Below, piece by piece: positions 1 to 9,651 of a stretch of DNA of 64,000 nt (position 1 is the first letter of the stretch; the number at the start of each line of letters is the position of its first letter). The notes beneath the pieces were generated by a model. The model was given only the letters and a program-made list of their open reading frames with translations. It did no database searches and had not been told where the DNA came from. The stretch comes from Paludibacteraceae bacterium (GTDB lineage: Bacteria > Bacteroidota > Bacteroidia > Bacteroidales > Paludibacteraceae). The translations under genes and the position numbers were made by a program. The DNA is taken from NCBI GenBank assembly GCA_017478725.1, contig JAFVDD010000006.1, positions 1,169 to 65,168 of the forward strand, read 5' to 3'.

Positions 1-156
1 TATTCCTAGGTCGGTTTGCAATGCCAGATGGTCATTAAAAAATGTTTTATAACTACCGCCATATAAAGTACCAACAATCGGACCAACAGCGTGTTTGTAC
101 TGTGCGCTAACGGAAAGAGCGCAGATGGCAAAAGCCAAAGTGAGTAATTTTTTCAT
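1..156 (-). CDS. small outer-membrane beta-barrel-like protein, N-terminal fragment (gene runs off the window start)
   Basis: Own translation of the minus strand from ATG 154-156 gives MKKLLTLAFAICALSVSAQYKHAVGPIVGTLYGG... This is a Sec signal peptide followed by Gly/aromatic-rich sequence. It is absent from the ORF track because it is truncated. Confidence 0.4.
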   Translation of the reverse strand, partial: MKKLLTLAFAICALSVSAQYKHAVGPIVGTLYGGSYKTFFNDHLALQTDLGI

Positions 157-189
157 AATGATAAAAATTTAAGTGATTAATGAATGTAG

Positions 190-654
190 TTAATAATAAG
201 AGAAAATAATTCTTCTGGTGATATTGGATCCATTTTGTTTGCGTCCATTCCAACGGCTTAAATGCAGTTCTGTAGCAGAAACGGATTCGATGGTATAAAC
301 AACTTCAGAGCCGTTTAATTCGCCATAAGAGAGATTGTTTCCGCGGATAGTCAATTGGTTGCCAGACACGCTCCAACGGAGAAGACGGCGTCCTCCCGTT
401 CCCAGGAATCCGTTTTCGTAGCAGGTGCCATCCGAATAGAACTGAATCCAGTAAGAACTATTCCTGATAACATCATATGCCTGAGAGTTGACCACATTGT
501 AGGCTTGTTGGAACTGCCAACGCTTAACCAGCATTTGCGACAAGGAGTTTGTATTTTCCGTTTTTGTGGAGGAAGTTGATGGCCGGAGAATAAAACAACC
601 GGCAGATCCTATACATATGAATGTAAGGACAAGGAATTTGATAAGGTTTTTCAT
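190..654 (-). CDS. lipocalin-like lipoprotein (hypothetical)
   Basis: 154-aa ORF with a signal peptide and lipobox Cys (IGSAGC). The W/G-rich pattern resembles the lipocalin-like domain. Its ATG overlaps the stop of the upstream gene (ATGA at 651-654). Confidence 0.6.
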   Translation of the reverse strand: MKNLIKFLVLTFICIGSAGCFILRPSTSSTKTENTNSLSQMLVKRWQFQQAYNVVNSQAYDVIRNSSYWIQFYSDGTCYENGFLGTGGRRLLRWSVSGNQLTIRGNNLSYGELNGSEVVYTIESVSATELHLSRWNGRKQNGSNITRRIIFSYY

Positions 655-1250
655 TTTGCTTTACGAGTAACATTACACATTTGACCTACAACTTGTATAT
701 ATGCTGACCACAGACGAAAAGCTTCGGTCAACTCACCTTCTCCTTTGATCTGGTTGACTTTATAGGTTGTCAATTTCTCTCCCGTGGTAGGGGCGATAAC
801 ATCTATATCTCCTATTACAGAGACGCCTCCTGTTTTACCATAACCAAAATATGAAGCAGCACCATTTCCCAAATCCAATCCTCTTACGTGGAAAATAATT
901 TTGTAATCAGGATTCTCTTCTTCGCGAACAAGCGTAGTCCATTTTCTAAAAACGACATTCCAATAGTTGAAAAATCTGTCATATACAAATTCTTGCGTTT
1001 GTCCCCATTCTTCTTGTCCCTTTTCTCCGCGTTCGGTTAGGATTTGCGCTAATGGTTTAGCTCCATCTTTTAGGGTGCCTTTGGATATTTGCCCGACATA
1101 GCAACTATCGTAGTCAAAGGTGAAAGATGCTTTTTTAGTTGCATCTTTGAGTATTGTCCCGGAACCGGAAGTTACTTCTACGCTCTTTTGTCCGGCAAAG
1201 GTGAGTGTTGACAGCATTGCGACAACACAGAAAGTAAGTAATTTTTTCAT
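651..1250 (-). CDS. secreted hypothetical protein
   Basis: 199-aa ORF with an N-terminal Sec signal (MKKLLTFCVVAMLSTLTFAGQ). I recognise no family. It is in an operon with the flanking lipoproteins. Confidence 0.55.
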   Translation of the reverse strand: MKKLLTFCVVAMLSTLTFAGQKSVEVTSGSGTILKDATKKASFTFDYDSCYVGQISKGTLKDGAKPLAQILTERGEKGQEEWGQTQEFVYDRFFNYWNVVFRKWTTLVREEENPDYKIIFHVRGLDLGNGAASYFGYGKTGGVSVIGDIDVIAPTTGEKLTTYKVNQIKGEGELTEAFRLWSAYIQVVGQMCNVTRKAK

Positions 1251-1273
1251 AATGTGAGTAAGTTATATTGATA

Positions 1274-1741
1274 CTATTGTTTTTTAGCGGGAAGGCCGGC
1301 GGTTCCTCCTTGGGGTGAAGATGGTGTTTCCGGTTCTTTGTATTTTGAGAAGGTTAATTCCATCCAATAATCGTTAGTAGAACCTGTAAAGAGTTTCATA
1401 GAAGAAGAATTGATGCTCTTCACTTGATATGTATCCAATAAAGCAGTGTTATAGCGATATCCATTAGTTTCATAGATATAAAGCATTTCTTTCTCTTCAT
1501 CGACCTTCCATGTTCCTTGCCAAAGTCCGTTCGGCCTTTCTTCGACTCCGGAGATAGTTAGTTTGCCGGAGGAGTAGAAGTTCCAGATTCCTCCGTCATT
1601 ATAGATATACCCATTACTATTTTTTATTTGGTTGCACTGCCAGACTCCTTTTATTTGATCTTTCAAAGAGCGATCCCATGGGCAAGCTTGCAGTGTTAAT
1701 ACAACGATTAGCAGAGTTAAACATTTCAATAGATTTTTCAT
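1274..1741 (-). CDS. lipocalin-like lipoprotein (paralogue-like of 190..654)
   Basis: 155-aa ORF with lipobox LTLQAC. It has the same size and GxW..F.S.G.L.I pattern as 190..654. Confidence 0.6.
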   Translation of the reverse strand: MKNLLKCLTLLIVVLTLQACPWDRSLKDQIKGVWQCNQIKNSNGYIYNDGGIWNFYSSGKLTISGVEERPNGLWQGTWKVDEEKEMLYIYETNGYRYNTALLDTYQVKSINSSSMKLFTGSTNDYWMELTFSKYKEPETPSSPQGGTAGLPAKKQ

Positions 1742-2124
1742 AAGTAAATAAGTTTTAAGTGGTGCCTACTCTTTGTCGGATTTTCGGCTTGCTCCGCAAT
1801 AAGGAGACATAAAAGAAAGCGGGACTGCATATTGCTGTTCCGCTTCATAGGGCTCTGGTATTGCCTTCACATCCGAACAAGCAACACGAGTCCACGCTGA
1901 ATATGTATCAGATACACGCCTATACCCAATGCTCCTGCTATGGATAAACAAGGAGCAAGCGTGAGAATACACACCCTCGGGACGCCTTGTGTTGCGATGT
2001 TTTGGATGTTGATGAATTTACCAGATTCTATGAAGCCAAAACAAAGCGTGTAAGACGCCTTTCATTATGTCTTGGATTTGTTCACCCTATAGTGGACCTA
2101 TAGCGATGAAATCAAATACGAGTG

Positions 2125-2132
2125 CAAAATTA
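2125..2132 (-). promoter_or_regulatory. candidate Bacteroidetes -7 box (TAATTTTG on minus strand) facing the lipoprotein operon
   Basis: The plus strand reads CAAAATTA, which matches TAnnTTTG on the minus strand. An A-run lies upstream. A second candidate box is at 2153-2160. The box sits about 385 nt upstream of the ATG at 1741. Confidence 0.35.
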
Positions 2133-2409
2133 CATAAAAAAAACGACACTTGCAAATTTATGTGTCATTTTTGTTGATTTTTAATATAAAGGCGAATGAG
2201 AGAAGGGGGAAAGGCGAAATGGAGAGGCGGATCCTCGCGCAAGTATGCGCGAGAAATGCAAGATGAAAATAACGGCGCGGTCAGTGACCGAGACGGTTTG
2301 GCGAACGGCGAAAGGTAAATGGTGAATGAATGCTGTATGGAATGGTAGATTAATAAATGAAAAAATGAGAAAAATTGCGCGGGCGCTTGCGTATGTGCGA
2401 AAAAATGCG

Positions 2410-2417
2410 TATCTTTG
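2410..2417 (+). promoter_or_regulatory. Bacteroidetes -7 promoter box TATCTTTG
   Basis: Exact TAnnTTTG match 37 nt upstream of the ATG at 2454. Confidence 0.6.
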
Positions 2418-2453
2418 CACGCTAAATCAGTAAATCATTAAATTGTAAATCAT

Positions 2454-2909
2454 ATGATACTTGACAAACTGGAGAACGCCGACAGGTACTTCGATTGCGT
2501 ACCGGGCTTTGAACAATTCATGAAATTCTACAACGAGAACGACCTTGAGGAACTGCCGGCGTGCAAGATTTATCTGGACGGCAAGAACCTGTTCGTAAAC
2601 ATCAACGATTTCAAGGGCAAAGAAGAAGCCAAATGCCGTATGGAGGCTCACCGCGACTATCTGGATATCCAGATTCCGCTGGGCGACGACGAGGTAATGG
2701 GCTGGAAGGCTCAGGTGGATTGTCAGGAGGTGACCCAGGAATACGACGAGGGTAAGGACGTAGAGTTTTACGCCGACAAAGCGGTTGCCAAATTCACCGT
2801 GCCGGCAGGCCACTTTGCCGTTTTCTTCCCTGAGGATGCGCACCAGCCGGGTATAGCTCCGGGCAAGGAGTACAGGAAGCTGATAGTGAAGACCCGCGTA
2901 AATCAATAA
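2454..2909 (+). CDS. YhcH/YjgK/YiaL (DUF386) family protein
   Basis: 151 aa. The motif EAHRDYLDIQIPLGDDEVMGW and the C-terminal FFPEDAHQPG are typical of the family. Confidence 0.75.
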   Translation: MILDKLENADRYFDCVPGFEQFMKFYNENDLEELPACKIYLDGKNLFVNINDFKGKEEAKCRMEAHRDYLDIQIPLGDDEVMGWKAQVDCQEVTQEYDEGKDVEFYADKAVAKFTVPAGHFAVFFPEDAHQPGIAPGKEYRKLIVKTRVNQ

Positions 2910-2910
2910 C

Positions 2911-2950
2911 CGAAATATCGACATGTCGACATACCGACAAATCGACAGAC
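2911..2950. repeat. period-8 degenerate tandem array, CGACATGN family (5 units)
   Basis: The units read cgaaatat cgacatgt cgacatac cgacaaat cgacagac. The array is intergenic between the yhcH-like gene and glgB. Confidence 0.9.
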
Positions 2951-2971
2951 CATCTAAAACACACAATAATT

Positions 2972-5101
2972 ATGGCAACGAAGAAAGTTAAACATCTGCC
3001 GATCGTGGCTCGGGATCCGTATCTGGAGCCATATGAGGGCGCATTGCAAGGCAGAGCCGATTACGCTGTACGCAAGGAGCAGGAGATCACCAGCGGTGCC
3101 AAACTCGCCGACTGGGCATCAGGATACCTCTATTTTGGGCTTCACCATAAAAAGCCTTACACGGATGCGAAAGGCAAGAAAGTAGCGGGCGAATGGATCC
3201 TCCGTGAGTGGGCTCCCAATGCCACGGCGATATATATCAAAGGCGACATGAACGGCTGGCAGAAAGACGAGAGATACCGTCTGCAGCCAGTCGGCAACGG
3301 TGTATGGGAGGCCAAACTGCCGGAGGATGCTATCCAGCATGAACAGCTGTATAAACTGCTGGTGGAATGGCAAGGCGGGTACGGCGAACGTATTCCGAGT
3401 TATGCGCGCCGCGTGGTGCAGGACGAGCAGACCAAGATTTTCTCCGCACAAGTGTGGGACGAGGAGGAGTATGTTTGGCGGAATAGAAAGCCGTCAGAAG
3501 TCAGCCGTCAGAAGTCAGCCGTCAGAAGTCAGCTGAAGGCAGAAAGCCCCCTCTTTATCTACGAGTGCCATATAGGCATGTCGAGCGAGCAGGAGAAAGT
3601 GAACAGTTATGAGGAGTTCCGCCGCGACGTGCTGCCGCGCATAGCCGAGTTGGGTTACAACTGCATCCAGATCATGGCCATTCAGGAGCACCCCTATTAC
3701 GGCAGTTTCGGGTATCACGTGAGCAATTTCTTTGCCGCGAGCAGCCGTTTCGGTACGCCGAACGAGTTGAAAGCATTGATAGACGATGCGCACGGAAGAG
3801 GCATGAAAGTGATCATGGACCTGGTACACAGCCACGCGGTGAAGAACGAGCTGGAGGGCTTGGGCAATTTTGACGGCACGGGCTATCAGTATTTCCACGA
3901 TGGTGCGCGGCGAGAGCACCCGGCCTGGGACAGTCTCTGCTTCAACTACGGCAAGAACGAAGTGCTGCATTTTTTGCTGAGCAACTGCAAGTTCTGGATT
4001 GACGAATATGACTTCGACGGGTTCCGCTTTGACGGCGTGACCTCGATGATTTACCTCAGCCATGGTCTGGGAGAAGATTTCAACGGCTACGGCAGCTATT
4101 TCAACGGCAACGAAGACGGCGATGCGATCATGTATCTGACGCTGGCGAACAAAGTGATTCACCAAGTCAAACCTGACGCCATCACGATAGCGGAAGAGAT
4201 GAGCGGCATGCCTGGTCTGGCCGCAAAGATAGAAGACGGCGGCGTAGGATTCGACTACCGTCTGGCGATGGGTATTCCGGATTTCTGGATCAAGTATATC
4301 AAAGAAGTGAAGGACGAGGACTGGAAAGCCGGACATATATTGTATGAAATGACCAACAGGCGTGAGGACGAGAAGACCATCAGTTATGCCGAGAGCCATG
4401 ACCAGGCGCTGGTAGGCGACAAGACAATCATCTTCCGGCTGGTAGATGCCGACATGTACTGGCATTTCGAGCACGGTCATGCCAACTATATGGTGGACCG
4501 CGGCATTGCGCTGCACAAGATGATACGTCTTGTGACGGCGAGCACCATCAACGGCGGCTACCTGACCTTCATGGGCAACGAGTTCGGCCATCCCGAATGG
4601 ATTGATTTTCCGCGTGAGGGCAACGGCTGGAGCTACAAATACGCCCGCAGACAATGGAGCCTTGTCGATAATCCGAACTATTTCTTCTCGGACCTCAACC
4701 GTTTTGACGAGGCGATGATTCACCTGCTGAGGGAGAACCTGTTTGTAGAGAAACCTACCGCCGCGGAGAAGAAATACGGCATCGGCAACCACCTGCCGTG
4801 GGTAATGAAATGTTGCGACAACGAGGGTGACCAAGTGGTGGCTTATACGCGCGGCGATCTGGTGTTCATCTTCAACTGGAACGGCCAGCGGTCGTTTGCC
4901 GATTACGGCATCCTGGTGCCAGAAGGCAAATACCAAGTGGTACTGAACACCGATGCGAAAGAGTTCGCCGGCTTCGGGCTGAGCGACGACAGCGTGGAGC
5001 ATTTCACGCAGCACGACGAGCTTTATGCGAAGGACGGGAAGGGCTGGCTGAAGATGTACCTGCCCGCAAGAAGCGCCGTGGTGCTGAAAAGGGGTAAATG
5101 A
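2972..5101 (+). CDS. glgB: 1,4-alpha-glucan branching enzyme (GH13, eukaryote-like type)
   Basis: 709 aa with the GH13 conserved regions DLVHSH, GFRFDGVTSM, AEEMSG and SHDQ, preceded by an N-terminal CBM48-like segment. Confidence 0.9.
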   Translation: MATKKVKHLPIVARDPYLEPYEGALQGRADYAVRKEQEITSGAKLADWASGYLYFGLHHKKPYTDAKGKKVAGEWILREWAPNATAIYIKGDMNGWQKDERYRLQPVGNGVWEAKLPEDAIQHEQLYKLLVEWQGGYGERIPSYARRVVQDEQTKIFSAQVWDEEEYVWRNRKPSEVSRQKSAVRSQLKAESPLFIYECHIGMSSEQEKVNSYEEFRRDVLPRIAELGYNCIQIMAIQEHPYYGSFGYHVSNFFAASSRFGTPNELKALIDDAHGRGMKVIMDLVHSHAVKNELEGLGNFDGTGYQYFHDGARREHPAWDSLCFNYGKNEVLHFLLSNCKFWIDEYDFDGFRFDGVTSMIYLSHGLGEDFNGYGSYFNGNEDGDAIMYLTLANKVIHQVKPDAITIAEEMSGMPGLAAKIEDGGVGFDYRLAMGIPDFWIKYIKEVKDEDWKAGHILYEMTNRREDEKTISYAESHDQALVGDKTIIFRLVDADMYWHFEHGHANYMVDRGIALHKMIRLVTASTINGGYLTFMGNEFGHPEWIDFPREGNGWSYKYARRQWSLVDNPNYFFSDLNRFDEAMIHLLRENLFVEKPTAAEKKYGIGNHLPWVMKCCDNEGDQVVAYTRGDLVFIFNWNGQRSFADYGILVPEGKYQVVLNTDAKEFAGFGLSDDSVEHFTQHDELYAKDGKGWLKMYLPARSAVVLKRGK
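3491..3534. repeat. 3 x 14-nt tandem repeat inside glgB (in frame)
   Basis: The unit ccgtcagaagtcag occurs exactly three times (3491-3532) and is translated as PSEVSRQKSAVRSQ. Confidence 0.95.
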
Positions 5102-5131
5102 ATCCGGATTTCCAGATTTCCGGATCTCTAG
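5101..5131. repeat. period-8 degenerate array, ATTTCCGG family
   Basis: The units read aatccgg atttccag atttccgg atctctag. The array starts at the last base of the glgB stop codon. Confidence 0.85.
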
Positions 5132-5156
5132 AAATATAGTCAAAAACAATATAGAG

Positions 5157-5939
5157 ATGAAAAAGATTATTTTCCAAGCATTGGCACTATGCACATTGGT
5201 ACTGTGTACGATGTTCACGGGTTGCCAGAAGAAAGCGAATTTGAAAGCCGAGTGGGAGGGCGTTTATCAACGTGCCACGTCTGCTTTCGAGCAAGTCTCT
5301 ACGCCTGACGAGGCCGAGTTGATCATGCAAAACCTCATTGACAGCGCGTATATACTGCTGGATGAAAATATGGGTGCGGAATACTCCGACAGTCTGTTTG
5401 CCGAGATGTATTATATGTTCTCGCCCGAGCAGAAAGAGGCACTCTTCGGCCGTATGGACCGTAAGATGACAGAGTCGGAGTTGATAGCCCCGATTCACAA
5501 GGTTTTCCTGCTGGAGCAAGCCACCTCCGCCAACAACCCTTACACCGATATTCTGGCACTAACGCCGGAAGGTAACGAGTTGTCGCTGAGTTCGCTGGTA
5601 GGCGAAAGCGACTACGTGCTGCTGGATTTCTGGGCCAGCTGGTGCGGTCCCTGCCGCCGTTTGATACCGGTATTGAAAGAGATTTACGCGGGCCAGCCGG
5701 CAGGACATTTCCAGATTTTGAGTTGCTCGGTTGACCGTGACGAGGACGCCTGGCGCAAAGCACTGGAGGAAGAGCAGATGCCATGGCCTCAGGTGCATGA
5801 GGAGGAAGGCATCTACGAGTGCTCCGACCTATACGGCGTACGGGCTATCCCCACCACCATCCTGATCAACCGCGAGGGTATCATCATCGCCCGCAATCCC
5901 GATGAGGCGCAACTGGAGGAGTTGCTTTTCGCAGAATAA
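5157..5939 (+). CDS. TlpA-like thioredoxin-fold thiol:disulfide oxidoreductase lipoprotein
   Basis: 260 aa with lipobox FTGC and the redox motif WASWCGPC. Confidence 0.8.
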   Translation: MKKIIFQALALCTLVLCTMFTGCQKKANLKAEWEGVYQRATSAFEQVSTPDEAELIMQNLIDSAYILLDENMGAEYSDSLFAEMYYMFSPEQKEALFGRMDRKMTESELIAPIHKVFLLEQATSANNPYTDILALTPEGNELSLSSLVGESDYVLLDFWASWCGPCRRLIPVLKEIYAGQPAGHFQILSCSVDRDEDAWRKALEEEQMPWPQVHEEEGIYECSDLYGVRAIPTTILINREGIIIARNPDEAQLEELLFAE

Positions 5940-5970
5940 ATGTATATATAATTAAATTGTAAATATCATT

Positions 5971-6780
5971 ATGCGTGTAATTATTGAACCTTCGTATGAC
6001 CTGCTGAGCCAGTGGGCTGCGAATTATGTAGCAAGACGAATCAATGAGTTTGAGCCGAAAGAGGGCAAGCCGTTTGTGCTGGGTCTGCCGACAGGCAGTT
6101 CGCCGCTGGGCATGTACAAAGCGCTGATAGAGCTCAACAAAGCCGGCAAAGTGTCGTTCAGAAACGTAGTGACCTTTAATATGGACGAGTATGTAGGTCT
6201 GCCGGAAGAGCACCCCGAGAGCTATCACAGCTTTATGTGGAACAATTTCTTCAGCCATATAGATATCCGCAAGGAGAATGTGAATATCCTGAACGGCAAC
6301 GCCGCCGATTTGGAGGCCGAGTGTGCCCGTTATGAGGAGAAAATCAAGAATATCGGCGGTATTCATCTGTTCCTGGGCGGTATCGGTCCTGACGGACACA
6401 TCGCATTCAACGAGCCGGGTTCGTCGCTGAGCAGCCGTACGCGCAAGAAAGAGCTGACCACCGACACTATTATCGCCAACAGCCGTTTCTTTGACAACGA
6501 CGTGAACAAAGTGCCGAAGACGGCGCTGACCGTAGGCGTAGGCACAGTGATGGACGCCAAGGAGGTGCTGATCATGGTAAACGGCCATAACAAAGCCCGC
6601 GCTTTGCAGCACGCTATCGAGGAGCCGATCAGCCATATGTGGACCGTCAGTGAGTTGCAGCGCCACCAGCATGGCATCATTGTCTGCGACGAGGCTGCCT
6701 GCGAGGAACTGAAACTCGGTACGTTCAAGTATTTCAAGGACATCGAGAAAAACAACCTTGACCCCAAGACGTTGTTGTAA
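5971..6780 (+). CDS. nagB: glucosamine-6-phosphate deaminase
   Basis: 269 aa. [22 protein letters not shown] and [16 protein letters not shown] are hallmark NagB motifs. Confidence 0.93.
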   Translation: MRVIIEPSYDLLSQWAANYVARRINEFEPKEGKPFVLGLPTGSSPLGMYKALIELNKAGKVSFRNVVTFNMDEYVGLPEEHPESYHSFMWNNFFSHIDIRKENVNILNGNAADLEAECARYEEKIKNIGGIHLFLGGIGPDGHIAFNEPGSSLSSRTRKKELTTDTIIANSRFFDNDVNKVPKTALTVGVGTVMDAKEVLIMVNGHNKARALQHAIEEPISHMWTVSELQRHQHGIIVCDEAACEELKLGTFKYFKDIEKNNLDPKTLL

Positions 6781-6801
6781 ATTAAAAATTACAAATTACG
6801 A

Positions 6802-8265
6802 ATGTTGGAAATCTATAATTCGTTAACACGATTCAAAGAGACGTTCAAGCCGCTGCACGAAGGGCATGTGGGCATGTATGTGTGCGGGCCGACCGTTTAT
6901 GGCGACGCGCATTTAGGACATGCCCGTCCGGCTATCACATTTGATGTGCTGTACCGGTATCTGCAGTATTTAGGATACAAGGTGCGCTATGTACGCAATA
7001 TAACGGATGTAGGCCATCTGGAGCACGACGCGGACGAGGGTGAGGACAAGATAGCCAAGAAAGCGCGGCTGGAGCAGTTGGAGCCGATGGAGGTGGTGCA
7101 ATACTACACCAACAGATATCACCGCGACATGGCGGCGCTGAATGTGCTGCCGCCTTCCATCGAGCCTCATGCGAGCGGCCATATCATCGAGCAGATTGCC
7201 TTTGTGCAGAAGATCCTTGACCGCGGCTACGCCTACGTAGCGAACGGATCGGTGTATATGGACGTAGAGAAATACGCCAAGGACTACCCGTACGGCAAAC
7301 TGAGCGGAAGGAACCTACATGATATTATCGCCGAGACGCGTGAACTGGACGGACAGAGCGAGAAGAAACACAGCTATGATTTCGCCCTTTGGAAAAAAGC
7401 AGCGCCCGAACATATCATGCACTGGCCGAGCCCGTGGAGCGAAGGTTTCCCCGGCTGGCATATGGAGTGCTCGACGATGGGCACCAAGTATCTGGGTGAG
7501 CAGTTTGATATCCACGGTGGCGGTCTGGACCTCATTTTCCCTCACCACGAGGCGGAGATAGCACAGAGTTGCGCCGCGCTGGGCAAGGAGAGCGTGCACT
7601 ATTGGATGCACAACAACATGATCACCATCGCCGGCAAGAAAATGGGTAAGAGTTACAACAATTTCATTACGTTGGAGCAGTTCTTCAGCGGCAATCACCC
7701 GTTGCTGAGCAAAGCTTTCGGCCCGATGGTCATAAGGTTCTTTATCTTGCAGGCTCATTACCGCTCGACGGTTGATTTCTCGTCGGAGGCGTTAGAGGCA
7801 GCAGAAAAAGGATTGCAGCGGTTGCAGGAAGCGTATGCGAGACTACAGAAGATCCAGCCTTCAGCCGTCAGCAGTCAGCCGTCTGATCTGCGTCAGCGTT
7901 GCCAAGAGGCCATGGATGACGATCTGAACACGCCGTTTGTGATTGCGGCGCTGTTTGACAGCGTGAAGGCTATCAATACCGTATGGGACGGCAAAGGCGC
8001 TATCAGCGAAGCCGACCTGAATGAACTGCGCGAGGTATGGAAGACTTACGCCATAGACATTCTTGGACTGCGGCTTGAAGAAACAGGCAACGGCGATGAC
8101 AGCCAGCAGAAAGCCTTCCACGGCGCCATTGATCTGCTATTAGGCATCCGTCTGCAGGCCAAGCAGAACAAGGACTGGGCGACCTCCGACAAGATACGCA
8201 ACGAACTGACCGCCCTCGGCTTCCAGATCAAAGATACCAAAGACGGATTCGAATGGAGTATCTAA
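6802..8265 (+). CDS. cysS: cysteine--tRNA ligase
   Basis: 487 aa with a class I HIGH-type motif (AHLGHARP), KMGKS (the KMSKS equivalent), and [16 protein letters not shown]. Confidence 0.95.
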   Translation: MLEIYNSLTRFKETFKPLHEGHVGMYVCGPTVYGDAHLGHARPAITFDVLYRYLQYLGYKVRYVRNITDVGHLEHDADEGEDKIAKKARLEQLEPMEVVQYYTNRYHRDMAALNVLPPSIEPHASGHIIEQIAFVQKILDRGYAYVANGSVYMDVEKYAKDYPYGKLSGRNLHDIIAETRELDGQSEKKHSYDFALWKKAAPEHIMHWPSPWSEGFPGWHMECSTMGTKYLGEQFDIHGGGLDLIFPHHEAEIAQSCAALGKESVHYWMHNNMITIAGKKMGKSYNNFITLEQFFSGNHPLLSKAFGPMVIRFFILQAHYRSTVDFSSEALEAAEKGLQRLQEAYARLQKIQPSAVSSQPSDLRQRCQEAMDDDLNTPFVIAALFDSVKAINTVWDGKGAISEADLNELREVWKTYAIDILGLRLEETGNGDDSQQKAFHGAIDLLLGIRLQAKQNKDWATSDKIRNELTALGFQIKDTKDGFEWSI

Positions 8266-8981
8266 GAGAGTTGATTCAGCAATGCAAAGCGCACAAAACG
8301 GTGACTGTCATCGCTTTGTGCGCTTTTGTGCTGGTGATAGCTGGTGTGGTCAGATGTTCCTGCCGCGTCGGGAATGCCCCGCAAGAGAGGCAGGAGATTG
8401 TGGAGGATCACATGGTCAAATATCCCGGCCGGACATTCAGCTACAAGGAGAAATTCAATGATTTGCAGTCGCGTCAATACGCCGTAGCTTCGCAGATCGG
8501 TTTGCCCCGTCCGCCCAAAGACCGTGCGGATGCGGCAAGCATGAAGAAGAAACTGCAACTGGTCACCAGCACAGAGAACTATATAGTGGACAGTTTGACG
8601 CACTCGGTGCCGTATCTGATACCGTCAGCAGCACGTGAGTTGGACGAGATAGGCGCTGAATGGGCGGATATATTAGCCCGTAACGGTCTGCCGCATTACC
8701 GTTTCCGCGTGACCTCTATTCTGCGTACCGAAGAAGATATCCGCGCCCTGCAGCGCAGCGGGAATATCAACTCCGTCACGCAGAGCTGCCACTGTTTCGG
8801 CACGACCTTCGACCTGGCATATATGCATTATGATAAGGTAACGCGCACGCGCGACTACGTGCATGAGGATAACCTCAAGCTGGTGCTCGGCCAAGTATTG
8901 CTGAACCATCAGCGGGCAGGCAAGATATACGTGAAATACGAATGGAAGCAGAGTTGCTTCCACATAACGGTAAGGCAATAG
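8253..8981 (+). CDS. membrane-anchored hypothetical protein, LAS/peptidase-M15-like core (possibly DUF5715)
   Basis: 242 aa with one N-terminal TM helix. [10 protein letters not shown] resembles the SxHxxGxAxD metal site of VanY/M15-type peptidases. It overlaps the cysS end by 13 nt. Confidence 0.45.
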   Translation: MEYLRELIQQCKAHKTVTVIALCAFVLVIAGVVRCSCRVGNAPQERQEIVEDHMVKYPGRTFSYKEKFNDLQSRQYAVASQIGLPRPPKDRADAASMKKKLQLVTSTENYIVDSLTHSVPYLIPSAARELDEIGAEWADILARNGLPHYRFRVTSILRTEEDIRALQRSGNINSVTQSCHCFGTTFDLAYMHYDKVTRTRDYVHEDNLKLVLGQVLLNHQRAGKIYVKYEWKQSCFHITVRQ

Positions 8982-9010
8982 GCTATATCAGCAGGTATAA
9001 TACATAAAAA

Positions 9011-9034
9011 GTCCACTCAAAGGAGTGGACTTTT
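9011..9034 (+). terminator. rho-independent terminator
   Basis: An 8-bp stem (gtccactc aaag gagtggac) is followed by TTTT, 30 nt after the stop at 8981. Confidence 0.75.
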
Positions 9035-9037
9035 CGG

Positions 9038-9111
9038 TAGCGGGACCCAGGATTGAACTGGGGACCTCATGATTATGAATCATGCGCTCTAACCAGCTGA
9101 GCTATCCCGCC
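9038..9111 (-). tRNA. tRNA with CAT anticodon (Met; a lysidine-modified Ile2 cannot be excluded)
   Basis: The manual cloverleaf is: acceptor GGCGGGA/TCCCGCT, D arm GCTC-AGCTGGTTA-GAGC, anticodon stem CATGA/TCATG with loop TTCATAA, T arm CCCAG-TTCAATC-CTGGG. Total 74 nt. Confidence 0.9.
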
Positions 9112-9139
9112 ATCGCGTTCGTTGTAACGAAAGCGGCTG

Positions 9140-9147
9140 CAAAGGTA
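9140..9147 (-). promoter_or_regulatory. -7 box TACCTTTG for the tRNA gene
   Basis: The plus strand reads CAAAGGTA, 29 nt upstream of the tRNA 5' end, with an A/T run further upstream. Confidence 0.55.
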
Positions 9148-9213
9148 CTGCTTTTTTTTGACATACGCAAATTATTTGCGCATTTTTTTGCGATTTTAGG
9201 CAATTATTGTATG

Positions 9214-9621
9214 TCAAGCTTTCTCAATAGCCTCCGCAATCGAGTTGGCAATGAACGCCATTTCTTCCGCAGGGAGACTGAGTTTGGGGTTGGTAAAGAG
9301 CATATCTTTCTCCGAGTTCATCGGCACAAGATGGATATGCACATGGTTGACCTCCATTCCCAGAACCGCCACGCCTACACGTTTGCAGCCTGTGGCAGCC
9401 TTGATACCCTTGGCAACTTGTTTGGCAAAAACCATCAGGTTTTGGAGCTGCTCGTCGGTAAGGTCGAAGATGTAATCAGCCTCCGGTTCTGCGAGTTTAG
9501 GTATGACCAGTGTATGGCCTTTCACTATCGGATTGATATCCAGAAAGGCATAGCATTTGTCGTTTTCGGCTACTTTGTAGCTCGGGATTTCACCTTTGAT
9601 AATACGCGTGAAGATAGTCAT
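9214..9621 (-). CDS. HIT (histidine triad) family protein
   Basis: 135 aa with the HVHIHLVP histidine triad. Confidence 0.9.
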   Translation of the reverse strand: MTIFTRIIKGEIPSYKVAENDKCYAFLDINPIVKGHTLVIPKLAEPEADYIFDLTDEQLQNLMVFAKQVAKGIKAATGCKRVGVAVLGMEVNHVHIHLVPMNSEKDMLFTNPKLSLPAEEMAFIANSIAEAIEKA

Positions 9622-9651
9622 GATAATGTACGATTTACGATGTACGATTTA

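Noticed and set aside
1742-2130. A known riboswitch (TPP, cobalamin or SAM) in the long leader of the lipoprotein operon.
   Set aside because: I could not find the conserved cores (for example the B12 box, or the CUGAGA ... ACCUGA of TPP) by eye. The element is left as an unexplained leader.
3515-5218. 567-aa ORF antisense to glgB. Similar long antisense ORFs lie at 19757-20950, 33012-34004, 34477-35562, 36892-38358, 39340-39999, 41697-42473, 55605-57101, 57880-59526 and 60168-61277.
   Set aside because: Each lies opposite a gene with clear family motifs. Their products are Arg/Val/His/Gly-rich low-information sequences typical of the antisense frame of GC-rich, codon-biased genes. None has promoter, signal or family features.
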